Shown in pieces: positions 45,939 to 54,229 of a stretch of 54,229 nucleotides of DNA. Within the stretch, counting starts at the first letter, position 1. Every line of letters starts with the position of its first letter. The DNA comes from Abditibacteriaceae bacterium (GTDB taxonomy: Bacteria; Armatimonadota; Abditibacteriia; Abditibacteriales; Abditibacteriaceae): NCBI GenBank assembly GCA_031425655.1, contig JANPJS010000069.1, positions 1-54,229 on the forward strand, read 5' to 3'. Below the pieces are notes generated by a model, which did no database searches, was not told the origin of the DNA, and saw only the letters and a list, made by a program, of their open reading frames with translations. Both the position numbers and the translations under genes were made by a program.

Positions 45939-48116
45939 TTGAGCCGCGCGCGGCGAGTAGGGCAACTGATGCAGGCTTTTGGGCCGGGCTGGCTGGCTTT
46001 TCGGGCCTCTTACGCGCTGCAAGTGAAAACCGGCGCGCTCAGTCGCCGCCTGCCCGTCAGCAATTGGGAATCCCAACCGCTGCGCGCTTTTCTTAGCGAT
46101 GCGGCTTTGGCTTCGCCCGAAGCCTATCTCGCTTATCGCCGCGACGGCGCGCCGCGCTTTTTCTTCGCGCCGGGTGACCGCGCCGCTTACGCGCCGCTTT
46201 TAAACGCTTGCGATTCGGGTGAAGCCAATCCGCAGCGCAGCGCCGATGAAATCGCGGGCGGCATCTGGCCGTATTTCGAGCATACGCCGGTGCAGTCCAC
46301 CTTTCCGCCCATCTGGAATACCAACCCCATTACCGGCGAAACCGCGCCCACGAATCAACATTGGAGCCGCATCGGCGATTTTGGCTGCGGCGATATTAAA
46401 GTCATCTGGGAAACCAGCCGTTTCGGCCACGCTTATGCCTTCGTGCGCGCTTACTGGCGGGGTGGCGACGAGCGTTATGCGGCGCATTTCTGGCAATTAG
46501 TAGACGATTGGCGCACGCATAATTTGCCGCAGCAAGGCCCGAATTGGAAGTGCGGACAGGAAGCGACTTTTCGCGTAATGGCGTGGTGTTTCGGGCTTTA
46601 CGGCACTTTGGATAGCGCGGCAGCCAATGCCGAGCGCGTGGCGTCTCTGGCCGAAATGATCGCTGTTACAGGGCGACGCATCGAAGGAAATCTTCGTTAC
46701 GCGCTGAGTCAGAGCAACAATCACGGCATCAGCGAAGGTTTGGGGCTTTTCACCATCGGCGCGCTTTTTCCCGAATTCAAAGACGCCGCGCGTTGGCAGG
46801 AAACAGGGCGCCGCGTGCTGGAAAGCGAAGCGCGCAAGCTGATTTACAAAAGCGGCGCCTTCGCGCAGCATTCGGTGAATTACCATCGCTTGATGCTGCA
46901 CGACTACGTTTGGGCGCTGCGATTGGGCGAAATTTTGGGCCGGCCTTTTAGCGCCGAATTACAGGAAATCGTGCGCCGCGCGGGCGAATGGCTGTATCAA
47001 ATTGGGGACGAAATCAGCGGCGGCGCGCCGTGTTACGGCTCGAACGACGGCGCTTTAGTTTTGCCGCTGGACAACTGCGATTATCAGGATTTCCGCCCGA
47101 CGGTGCAAATGGCGCATTATTTATCCACACAGCGGCGCCGATTTAAAAGCGGGCCGTGGGATGAAGCTTTGCTCTGGCTTTTTGGCCCGGAGGCGGCGCA
47201 AAGCACGACGGAAAACGCGAAAAGCACGCCGCGCGCCGATTTGCGCGACGAAGAAGGCGGTTATTTCGTGCTGCGCTCGCCCGAAGGCTTCGCGTTCACG
47301 CGCTGCGCTAGCTTTCGTCATCGCCCGGCGCAGGCGGATATGCTGCACGTTGACTTGTGGTGGCGCGGCCAAAACATCGCTTTGGACGCCGGAACGTATT
47401 CCTACAACGCGCCCGCGCCGTGGAACAACGCGCTTGCCGGAACCGCTTGCCACAACACGGTTTTAGTAGACAATTTGGATCAAATGGAGCAGGCCGGAAA
47501 ATTCCTCTGGCTGCCGTGGCTCAAGGGCAAAATGCGCCGTTTCGAGCGCTCGTCCGATGGCGTTTTAGCTTATTGGGAAGGCGAACACGACGGTTATCAT
47601 CGCTTGAAAGCGCCGGTTCGGCATCGCCGCGCAATTGTCTATTTAGGCCACGAGACTTGGCTTATCCGCGACGATTTGAGCAGCGATTCCGTGCATAATT
47701 ACCGCCTGCACTGGCTCTTTCCTGATTTAGCGCACACTTGGGATGCAGACTCGGCGAAATTGTCGCTGCAAACGCCGCAGGGCAATTATTACGCGCAATG
47801 CGCGGCCAGCGAAGATGCCAAAAGCGATGCAACTTTGGTTCGCGCCGACGAAAATTCGATACGCGGTTGGCGCTCGCCTTATTACGGTCATCGGGAGCCG
47901 GCGCTGTCGTTGGCGCTGACGCAACAAGCCGCAAATGGCGGTTGCTGGACGCTTTTTAGTCCCGACATTTGCGAAGTTTCGTGGGGCGAAACCGTGGCTA
48001 TCGCTGCCAAAGATTGGCGCGCCACGCTGCGGCTTTCGGCGTTGGAGAATGAGCCGCTTTTCACCAATGTGCGCTCCGAAGAAGCGGAAATTTCTTCGGA
48101 ATTGCGATTATCATGA
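45939..48116 (+). CDS. Heparinase II/III-like protein (copy 2)
   Basis: DIKVIWETSRF, NNHGISE, QHSVNYHR, GSNDGA, RPAQADMLH, DAGTYSYN, HNTV. TTG start with GAGGAG RBS. No signal peptide. Confidence 0.88.
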   Translation: MSRARRVGQLMQAFGPGWLAFRASYALQVKTGALSRRLPVSNWESQPLRAFLSDAALASPEAYLAYRRDGAPRFFFAPGDRAAYAPLLNACDSGEANPQRSADEIAGGIWPYFEHTPVQSTFPPIWNTNPITGETAPTNQHWSRIGDFGCGDIKVIWETSRFGHAYAFVRAYWRGGDERYAAHFWQLVDDWRTHNLPQQGPNWKCGQEATFRVMAWCFGLYGTLDSAAANAERVASLAEMIAVTGRRIEGNLRYALSQSNNHGISEGLGLFTIGALFPEFKDAARWQETGRRVLESEARKLIYKSGAFAQHSVNYHRLMLHDYVWALRLGEILGRPFSAELQEIVRRAGEWLYQIGDEISGGAPCYGSNDGALVLPLDNCDYQDFRPTVQMAHYLSTQRRRFKSGPWDEALLWLFGPEAAQSTTENAKSTPRADLRDEEGGYFVLRSPEGFAFTRCASFRHRPAQADMLHVDLWWRGQNIALDAGTYSYNAPAPWNNALAGTACHNTVLVDNLDQMEQAGKFLWLPWLKGKMRRFERSSDGVLAYWEGEHDGYHRLKAPVRHRRAIVYLGHETWLIRDDLSSDSVHNYRLHWLFPDLAHTWDADSAKLSLQTPQGNYYAQCAASEDAKSDATLVRADENSIRGWRSPYYGHREPALSLALTQQAANGGCWTLFSPDICEVSWGETVAIAAKDWRATLRLSALENEPLFTNVRSEEAEISSELRLS

Positions 48117-49351
48117 ATGTTCTTTTGATTCATCAGGCTTTCGTTTCGCCCAAAGACGGCGCGGGCGGCACGCGCCATTACGAATTGGCGCAACACGTCA
48201 TGCAGGCCGGGCACAGCATGACGGTGGTGTCCAGTCCGCTGAATTATCTGTCGGGCAAAAGCGACGAAGCCGGAGAAAGTGGCTTGTTTACAGAGCAAAA
48301 CGTGGACGGCATTCGCGTCTTGCGCGCTTACACGTATCCGTCGCTGCATAAGAGCTTCGTCTGGCGCATCGTGTCGTTTCTCAGCTTCATGCTCAGCTCG
48401 CTGCTTACGGCGCTGCGCTCCGGCCCGGCGGATGTGGTGATGGGCACTTCTCCGCCGATTTTTCAAGCGGTTTCGGCCTGCCTCGTGGCCAAACTGCGCC
48501 GCAAGCCGTTTTTGTTGGAAGTGCGCGATTTATGGCCCGAATTCGCGGTAGATATGGGCGTGCTGACAAATCCGGCCCTGATTCGCTTGGCGCGCCGCGT
48601 CGAGCGGTTCCTTTATCGCAACGCCACGCATATTCTTGTGAATTCGCCGGCTTACCGCGATTATTTAATGAAAAAAGGCGTGCCGCAGCGCAAGATTTCT
48701 TTAATTTCCAACGGTGTTGACCCTGAAATGTTCGACCCTCAGGCCAAAGGCGAGCGCATCCGCCAACAGTGGAATTTGGACGATCAATTCGTGGTGACTT
48801 ATGCGGGCGCTCTGGGCATGGCCAACGATATTCCAATGATTTTGCGCGCCGCCGAGCGCTTGAAAAATCAGCCGAACATCCGCATTTTGCTGGTCGGCGA
48901 TGGAAAAGAGCGGGCTGCGCTGGAAAAGCAAGCACAAGAAATGCAACTCGAAAACGTGACCTTCACCGGTTCGCATCCCAAAAGCGAAATGACGGAGTTT
49001 TTGGCCGCTTCGGACGCCTGCTTAGCCACGCTGCAAAATATCCCGATGTTTAGCACAACGTATCCGAATAAAGTCTTCGATTACATGGCGGCGGGCCGTC
49101 CGACGCTTTTGGCCATTGACGGCGTAATCCGCGAAGTGATTGAATCCGCGCAGGGCGGCGTGTTCGTCCAACCGGGCGATGATGCGGCCTTAGCCGAAGC
49201 CATTCAAACGCTCAGCGCCGATGCGGAAAAGGCGCGCAAAATGGGCGAATCGGCGCGCGATTATGTGGTGCAGCATTTCAATCGCAACACGCAGGCGGCG
49301 CAGTTTGTGGAACTTGTGGAATCTCTGGCCAAGCGGCGCGCCAAAAATTAA
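48113..49351 (+). CDS. Glycosyltransferase family 4 (WbuB-like)
   Basis: GTRHYE, TSPP, EVRDLWPE, NGVD, YAGALG.AN, PNKVFDYMAAG. Confidence 0.92.
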   Translation: MNVLLIHQAFVSPKDGAGGTRHYELAQHVMQAGHSMTVVSSPLNYLSGKSDEAGESGLFTEQNVDGIRVLRAYTYPSLHKSFVWRIVSFLSFMLSSLLTALRSGPADVVMGTSPPIFQAVSACLVAKLRRKPFLLEVRDLWPEFAVDMGVLTNPALIRLARRVERFLYRNATHILVNSPAYRDYLMKKGVPQRKISLISNGVDPEMFDPQAKGERIRQQWNLDDQFVVTYAGALGMANDIPMILRAAERLKNQPNIRILLVGDGKERAALEKQAQEMQLENVTFTGSHPKSEMTEFLAASDACLATLQNIPMFSTTYPNKVFDYMAAGRPTLLAIDGVIREVIESAQGGVFVQPGDDAALAEAIQTLSADAEKARKMGESARDYVVQHFNRNTQAAQFVELVESLAKRRAKN

Positions 49352-49356
49352 TTTCC

Positions 49357-49986
49357 ATGCGAAGCCATTTTTACCGCGACGGAGGCAAGCGCTGCGTTGA
49401 TTTCACGCTTGCGCTGATTGCGCTCATCGTGCTTTCGCCAATCTTGCTGGTGACGGCGCTGCTGGTGCGAATCAAACTCGGCTCGCCGGTGATTTTTCGC
49501 CAGCAGCGGCCCGGTTTGCGCGGCGAGCCGTTCATGCTTTTCAAGTTTCGCAGCATGACCGACGCGCGCGATGCGAACGGCGCTTTGCTTTCCGACGAAG
49601 TGCGTTTGCCCCCTTTCGGGCGCTTTTTGCGTGGTTCCAGCTTAGACGAACTGCCGGAACTCATCAACGTGTTGAAAGGCGAAATGAGCCTTGTCGGGCC
49701 GCGTCCGCTGCTCATGGAATATCTGAATCACTACACGCCCGAACAAATGCGCCGCCACGAAATGCGCCCCGGCGTGACCGGATGGGCACAAATCAACGGG
49801 CGAAATCTGCTCTCGTGGGAAAAGCGATTTGAGCTTGATGTCTGGTATGTTGACCATGTGAGTCCGATTTTAGACTTGAAAATCCTGCTGCTCACCTTGA
49901 AAAAAGTGGTGGTTCGAGAAGGCGTCAGCGCCGAAGGACACGCGACGATGCCCAGTTTCACGGGGTCGCCGAAAGAATCGCCATGA
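49357..49986 (+). CDS. pglC: Initiating sugar-phosphate transferase (PglC/Bac_transf)
   Basis: KR..D, FRQQRPG, KFRSM, SLDELP, MSLVGPRP, PGVTGWAQINGRN. Confidence 0.92.
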   Translation: MRSHFYRDGGKRCVDFTLALIALIVLSPILLVTALLVRIKLGSPVIFRQQRPGLRGEPFMLFKFRSMTDARDANGALLSDEVRLPPFGRFLRGSSLDELPELINVLKGEMSLVGPRPLLMEYLNHYTPEQMRRHEMRPGVTGWAQINGRNLLSWEKRFELDVWYVDHVSPILDLKILLLTLKKVVVREGVSAEGHATMPSFTGSPKESP

Positions 49987-50606
49987 TGCGGCCACACAAC
50001 GTCTTCGTCATCGGAGCCGGCGGCCACGCGGCGGTCGTTATCAGCGTTTTGCAGGAGTGCGGCATTTCTATCGCCGGCGTTTTCGATGACGACAGCGCTC
50101 GCTGGGGAATCGAGATTTTAGGCGTGAAAATTATCGGCCCAAGCCGCGAATTACAGCAAGAATCGGCGGCAAGCGCCGTGATCGCTATTGGTCACAATCG
50201 CACGCGGCAGAAAATCGCCGCATCCTTGGCGCTGAACTGGATTAGCGTTGTTCATCCGCGAGCTTATGTGCATCATTCGGTGGTTTTGGGGCCGGGCACG
50301 GTTGTTTGCGCCGGAGCGGTTATCCAACCGCGCACTGTTGTGGGCGAACACGTTATCGTTAACACGGGCGCCACGGTTGACCATGATTGCGCGTTGGGCG
50401 ATTACACGCATGTCGCGCCCGGCGCGCATTTAGCGGGCGCCGTGCAGGTCGGTGAAGGCGCCATGCTTGGCATCGGCAGCGCGGTGATTCAAGGCGTGCG
50501 AATCGGATCGTGGGCGATGGTGGGCGCAGGCGCCGCCGTGGTGCGCGATGTGCCCGACTTGGTAACGGTCACCGGCGTGCCGGCACGCATTAAGGAAATT
50601 AAATGA
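49983..50606 (+). CDS. pglD: NeuD/PglD-family sugar acetyltransferase
   Basis: GAGGHA, AIGHN..R, hexapeptide repeats, VDHDC, GVPAR. Confidence 0.9.
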   Translation: MMRPHNVFVIGAGGHAAVVISVLQECGISIAGVFDDDSARWGIEILGVKIIGPSRELQQESAASAVIAIGHNRTRQKIAASLALNWISVVHPRAYVHHSVVLGPGTVVCAGAVIQPRTVVGEHVIVNTGATVDHDCALGDYTHVAPGAHLAGAVQVGEGAMLGIGSAVIQGVRIGSWAMVGAGAAVVRDVPDLVTVTGVPARIKEIK

Positions 50607-51769
50607 GCCAAATACAATCTTCAGACACGCCGAAATCGCGCATTTTTCTTTCGCCTCCGCACATGGGCGACGAAGAGAAAACGCTGCTCAACGATGCCTT
50701 CGATTCCAACTGGATTGCGCCTCTCGGCCCTCACGTTGATGCCTTCGAGCAGGAACTCGCCGCTTTCACCGATGTGCCTTATGCCGTCGCTTTGTCATCG
50801 GGCACGGCGGCCATTCATCTCGCGTTGCGCTTGTTGGATATTCAACCGGGCGACGAAGTAATTTGCTCTTCGCTGACTTTCGTGGCCAGCGCCAACCCGA
50901 TTGTTTACGAAGGCGCCCACCCCGTTTTCATTGATTCGGATGCCGCGACGTGGAATATGTCGCCGGATTTGCTGCGCGAAGAATTGCGCGACTGCGCGGC
51001 GCGCGGCAAGCGGCCTCGCGCGGTCATCGTGGTTGACCTTTACGGACAAAGCGCCGATTACGAGCGGCTTCAGCAAATCTGCGACGAATACGAAGTGCCT
51101 CTCATCGAAGACGCCGCCGAGGCGTTAGGCGCGACTTACAAAGGGCGAAAAACCGGCGGTTTCGGAAAATTCGGCGTTTTTTCGTTTAATGGCAACAAGA
51201 TTATCACGACTTCCGGCGGCGGAATGCTGGTTTCTCACGACTCTGCTCTGATCAAGCGCGCCCGCTTTTTAGCAACGCAGGCGCGCGATGAGGCGGCGCA
51301 TTATCAGCATTCGGCCATCGGCTTCAATTATCGCCTGAGCAACCTGCTGGCGGCCATCGGACGCGGCCAGTTGCGCGCTTTGCCTCAGCGCATCGAAATT
51401 CGCAAAGGCCATTTCAATTACTACCAGAAAACGTTAGGCGACTTGCCGGGCGTGGAATTTATGCCCATCGCCGATTACGGCCAGCCCAATTACTGGCTAA
51501 CCTGCCTGACTCTCGACGCGGCGCAATTCGGCGCAACGCGCGAAGATGTGCGTTTGGCGCTCGAAGCCGAAAACATCGAATCGCGCCCGGTGTGGAAGCC
51601 TCTGCATCTGCAACCCGTTTTCGCCGAAAGTCGCAGGCGCGGTGGCGAAGTTTCGCAAAAGCTGTTCGAGAACGGCTTATGTCTGCCCAGCGGCTCGGCT
51701 TTAACGCCGTGCGAGTTGGAGCGCGTCGTCAGCGTGGTGCGCGCCATTGCCGAACGCCGCGCGGGGTGA
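50603..51769 (+). CDS. pglE: DegT/PglE-family PLP-dependent sugar aminotransferase
   Basis: FLSPPHM, SGTAAIHL, EDAAEALG, SFNGNKIITTSGGG, GFNYRLSN, ESRPVWKP.H, CLPSGS. Confidence 0.92.
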   Translation: MSQIQSSDTPKSRIFLSPPHMGDEEKTLLNDAFDSNWIAPLGPHVDAFEQELAAFTDVPYAVALSSGTAAIHLALRLLDIQPGDEVICSSLTFVASANPIVYEGAHPVFIDSDAATWNMSPDLLREELRDCAARGKRPRAVIVVDLYGQSADYERLQQICDEYEVPLIEDAAEALGATYKGRKTGGFGKFGVFSFNGNKIITTSGGGMLVSHDSALIKRARFLATQARDEAAHYQHSAIGFNYRLSNLLAAIGRGQLRALPQRIEIRKGHFNYYQKTLGDLPGVEFMPIADYGQPNYWLTCLTLDAAQFGATREDVRLALEAENIESRPVWKPLHLQPVFAESRRRGGEVSQKLFENGLCLPSGSALTPCELERVVSVVRAIAERRAG

Positions 51770-51782
51770 TTCTTCGTGCCAT

Positions 51783-51829
51783 AAAAATAGAGGCGAGCGA
51801 TATTTTCAATATCGCTCGCCTCTATTTTT
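51783..51829. terminator. Bidirectional intrinsic terminator ending the EPS locus
   Basis: Perfect 22-bp arms AAAAATAGAGGCGAGCGATATT / TTC / AATATCGCTCGCCTCTATTTTT between convergent genes. Confidence 0.87.
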
Positions 51830-51848
51830 GAATGCTACATTAGGACAC

Positions 51849-52640
51849 TCAGCGGGTTGCGGTGCGGTAAAGCGAGCCGCTTTTCTCGATTGTCCACAGA
51901 AAGCCGTTCAAAGCCGTCATTTTGCTGGTGCCTTTCCAATCGCCGGATTTGCCGATTTTCTGGAACTCTCCATTTTTCTGTGTGCGATAAAGGTCGCCGC
52001 CGCGTTCGATTGACCACAGTTCGCCGTTCATTCCAGTCATCACCTGAGTGTTGATCCAGTCGCCGGTTTTGCCCACTTGTTTCCACGCGCCGGTTTTATC
52101 GGTGCGGTAAAGCGTGCCGGTTTTCTCTATAGTCCAGAGTTCGCCGTCTAACACCGTCAGAATTTGTGTGCCGCTCCAATCGCCCTTTTTCCCCACCTGT
52201 TTGTAATTGCCGGCTTTGTCGGTGCGATAAAGAGTGCCGTCTTTTTCGATACTCCACAAGTCGCCGCCCATGACCGTAATAAACGTGGTATTGGCCCAGC
52301 CGCCGTCGCCGACCTTCGTCCAGCCGCCACGCTTGGTGCGATACAGGTTATCGCCCGCGAGCGCCCAGAGCGCATCCTCAGCCGCCACAAACGCACGCAC
52401 GTCCTTCAAATTGCCAGCCGGCCCGACTTGCTCCCAGGCGCCCTTTTCAGTGGTCATGTAGAGCGTGCCGTCGCTTTCAACGCTCCATAACGCGCCCGCC
52501 GTGGCTGACAAGAACTTGGTTTCGACCCATTCGCCCGTTTTGCCGACCTGCTCCCACGCACCGGGAACAGCAAAAGCCGGCGACGCAACGCACGGAATCG
52601 CAGCCACAATCGTTGCGACAAGCAAATTCTTCCACTTCAT
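51849..52640 (-). CDS. Secreted six-repeat beta-propeller protein (lectin-like)
   Basis: Signal peptide ending AFA, then six 38-40 aa repeats G.W.QVGK.GDW..T......G.LW.IEK.G.LYRT. Confidence 0.8.
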   Translation of the reverse strand: MKWKNLLVATIVAAIPCVASPAFAVPGAWEQVGKTGEWVETKFLSATAGALWSVESDGTLYMTTEKGAWEQVGPAGNLKDVRAFVAAEDALWALAGDNLYRTKRGGWTKVGDGGWANTTFITVMGGDLWSIEKDGTLYRTDKAGNYKQVGKKGDWSGTQILTVLDGELWTIEKTGTLYRTDKTGAWKQVGKTGDWINTQVMTGMNGELWSIERGGDLYRTQKNGEFQKIGKSGDWKGTSKMTALNGFLWTIEKSGSLYRTATR

Positions 52641-52851
52641 GAAATCCTCTCGTAAATTACCGAATTGATGCCAACATTCGTGGTTTCACTGGCGTTGGCG
52701 AACTCGTTTTATCTTAACACCCATTTTCCAATCGAACTCCAAATTCCAAGCGGAGCCATGTTTTTGCGCCCGCAAAAACTTACGAACGCAGCGCGCATTT
52801 CGCCGTCTTTAGCGCCGTGCCCCTTGAAACGGGCTTTTTTTGCAATCACAC

Positions 52852-52869
52852 TTGTGAAACTATTCACAA
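52852..52869. promoter_or_regulatory. Rex operator upstream of nadA
   Basis: TTGTGAA-ACTA-TTCACAA is a perfect match to the Rex consensus TTGTGAA-N4-TTCACAA. Abuts a candidate promoter TTGAAA(52824)-17 bp-CACACT(52847). Confidence 0.8.
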
Positions 52870-52893
52870 AAGGCGAAATCGGAGGACAGCATC

Positions 52894-54108
52894 ATGGCAA
52901 CATTGAATTTGCAGGGCGATTTAGCACGCAGCTTCACCAAAGTGCGCGAAGCGGAAGGCGCGCTCATCGGGCACCTCACGATGGAACACGGCGCGCAGTT
53001 GCAAGTGCCGCTGCCGCCTCGATATACCACGCTCAATGCCGATGAAATCGCGTTGGGAATCGCGCGGGCCAAAGAAATTCTCGGCTCGAAACTGGTGATT
53101 CTGGGCCATCATTATCAGCGCGAAGAAGTGATTCGCTGGGCTGATTTTCGGGGCGATTCGTTCAAGCTGTGCAAAGACGCGGCGGCGCGGCCCGACGCCG
53201 AATATATCATTTTTTGCGGCGTGCATTTCATGGCCGAAAGCGCCGATATTCTCTCGGCACCGCACCAAAAAGTGATCTTGCCCGACCTGCACGCCGGCTG
53301 CTCGATGGCCGACATGGCCGACATTGACCAGGTCGAAGAAGCGTGGGACGATTTGCAAGAAGTCTGCGCCGGACAAAAAATCATCCCGATCACTTATATG
53401 AACTCGGCGGCCAATTTGAAGGCGTTCGTCGGGCGCAACGGCGGCGCGGTTTGCACTTCGAGCAACGCCAAAAAAATCATGGATTGGGCGCTCAGTCCCG
53501 TCGCCGAAGGCGGAGCCGGCGGCGAAAAGCTGCTCTTTTTCCCCGATCAGCACTTGGGGCGTAATACTGCGGTGCTGGAAATGGGCTTTTCATTAGACGA
53601 TTGCGCAGTGTGGAATCCGTTTGAAGACCTCGGCGGGCAAAGTGAAGCCACGCTGCGCCGCGCGCCGATTCTGCTCTGGAAAGGGCACTGCTCGGTTCAC
53701 GGCACGTTTCTGCCGATTCACATTGACAACGTGCGCAAGAAATATCCGGGCATCAAAGTTGTCGTGCATCCCGAATGCGTTCACGAAGTCGTCATCAACG
53801 CCGACGCTTACGGCTCAACGGAGAAGATTCGCAACATCGTCGAAGCCGGCAAACCCGGCGATGCTTTCGCCATCGGCACAGAAATCAACTTAGTCAGCCG
53901 TTTGGCGCGCGAACACCCCGATAAAACGGTGGTCTGCGTAAACCCGAACGTCTGCGTTTGTTCGACCATGTATCGCGTGGACGGCCCACATTTGTTGTGG
54001 GTGCTGGAAAATCTGCTCGAAGGCCGCGTGGTTAACCAAATTGCGGTGCCTGAACCGATTGCCAGTCAGGCGAAGTTAGCTTTGCAACGAATGTTGGATA
54101 TTGCTTGA
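52894..54108 (+). CDS. nadA: Quinolinate synthase
   Basis: GHHYQR, GDSF, FCGVHFMAE, AGCSMA, YMNS, CTSSNA, PDQHLG, GHCSVH, HPEC, GST, C.TM. RBS GGAGG. Confidence 0.96.
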   Translation: MATLNLQGDLARSFTKVREAEGALIGHLTMEHGAQLQVPLPPRYTTLNADEIALGIARAKEILGSKLVILGHHYQREEVIRWADFRGDSFKLCKDAAARPDAEYIIFCGVHFMAESADILSAPHQKVILPDLHAGCSMADMADIDQVEEAWDDLQEVCAGQKIIPITYMNSAANLKAFVGRNGGAVCTSSNAKKIMDWALSPVAEGGAGGEKLLFFPDQHLGRNTAVLEMGFSLDDCAVWNPFEDLGGQSEATLRRAPILLWKGHCSVHGTFLPIHIDNVRKKYPGIKVVVHPECVHEVVINADAYGSTEKIRNIVEAGKPGDAFAIGTEINLVSRLAREHPDKTVVCVNPNVCVCSTMYRVDGPHLLWVLENLLEGRVVNQIAVPEPIASQAKLALQRMLDIA

Positions 54109-54229
54109 GTTTCCAACCAGAAAAGCGGCGCGAAAATTTAAATTAGCGGGGCGGTTATTTGTTAAAAATTTTTAGGTTAAAACCAGGTGTAAACGAACAA
54201 AAAAAAAATTAAAGAAAACAAAAAAATAA

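Noticed and set aside
52641..52841. Possible riboswitch or attenuator before nadA (GCCC-loop-GGGC-T7 at about 52819-52841)
   Set aside because: The stem is only 4 bp and overlaps the candidate -35. I cannot recognise an NAD riboswitch fold. An Rfam/Infernal search would settle it.
120..53893. Numerous 60-240 aa antisense or alternate-frame ORFs in the track
   Set aside because: Shadow ORFs of GC-rich genes, Arg/Ala-biased and without motifs. No tRNA or rRNA-like sequence was recognised either.
54109..54229. A-rich low-complexity tail
   Set aside because: Abrupt composition change with homopolymer runs at the sequence end; most likely low-quality contig-end sequence.

Overview
Bacterial genomic window, roughly 60% GC by eye, from a diderm (TonB-dependent receptor, Wza/Wzc export). 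An Armatimonadota/Abditibacteriota-like origin is only a weak guess. The left third (1-19.3 kb) holds a PaiB-family gene, a TonB-dependent receptor / YfiR / CHASE8 hybrid-kinase signalling triad, and a GHMP-kinase/UDP-sugar pyrophosphorylase fusion with a degenerate GalU-like partner. It also holds a Tat-exported Gfo/Idh/MocA oxidoreductase with a HEAT-repeat protein, a lower-GC HipA-like kinase + DUF3037 cassette bounded by an exact 15-bp direct repeat (RBS+ATG), and a second paralogous hybrid kinase. The middle and right (19.6-51.8 kb) is a ~32-kb Wzx/Wzy-dependent capsule/EPS locus. It has a diNAcBac-type initiation pathway, two sulfotransferases, an AsnB amidotransferase, a secreted DUF4838 protein and two heparinase-II/III + bi-domain oxidoreductase pairs. 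The window ends with a secreted six-repeat beta-propeller gene and nadA, which is preceded by a perfect Rex operator. The intergenic DNA is unusually structured. A ~165-bp MITE-like cassette is inserted twice into GTAG-REP hairpins, each time with a locus-specific 21-bp duplication of the hairpin, and the two inverted copies bracket asnB + sulfotransferase. A ~20-nt mini-hairpin module is nested in unrelated palindromic repeat families. A single base (42644) removes both a stop and a start codon at a GTGA gene junction. All calls are from reading the sequence; no database searches were run.
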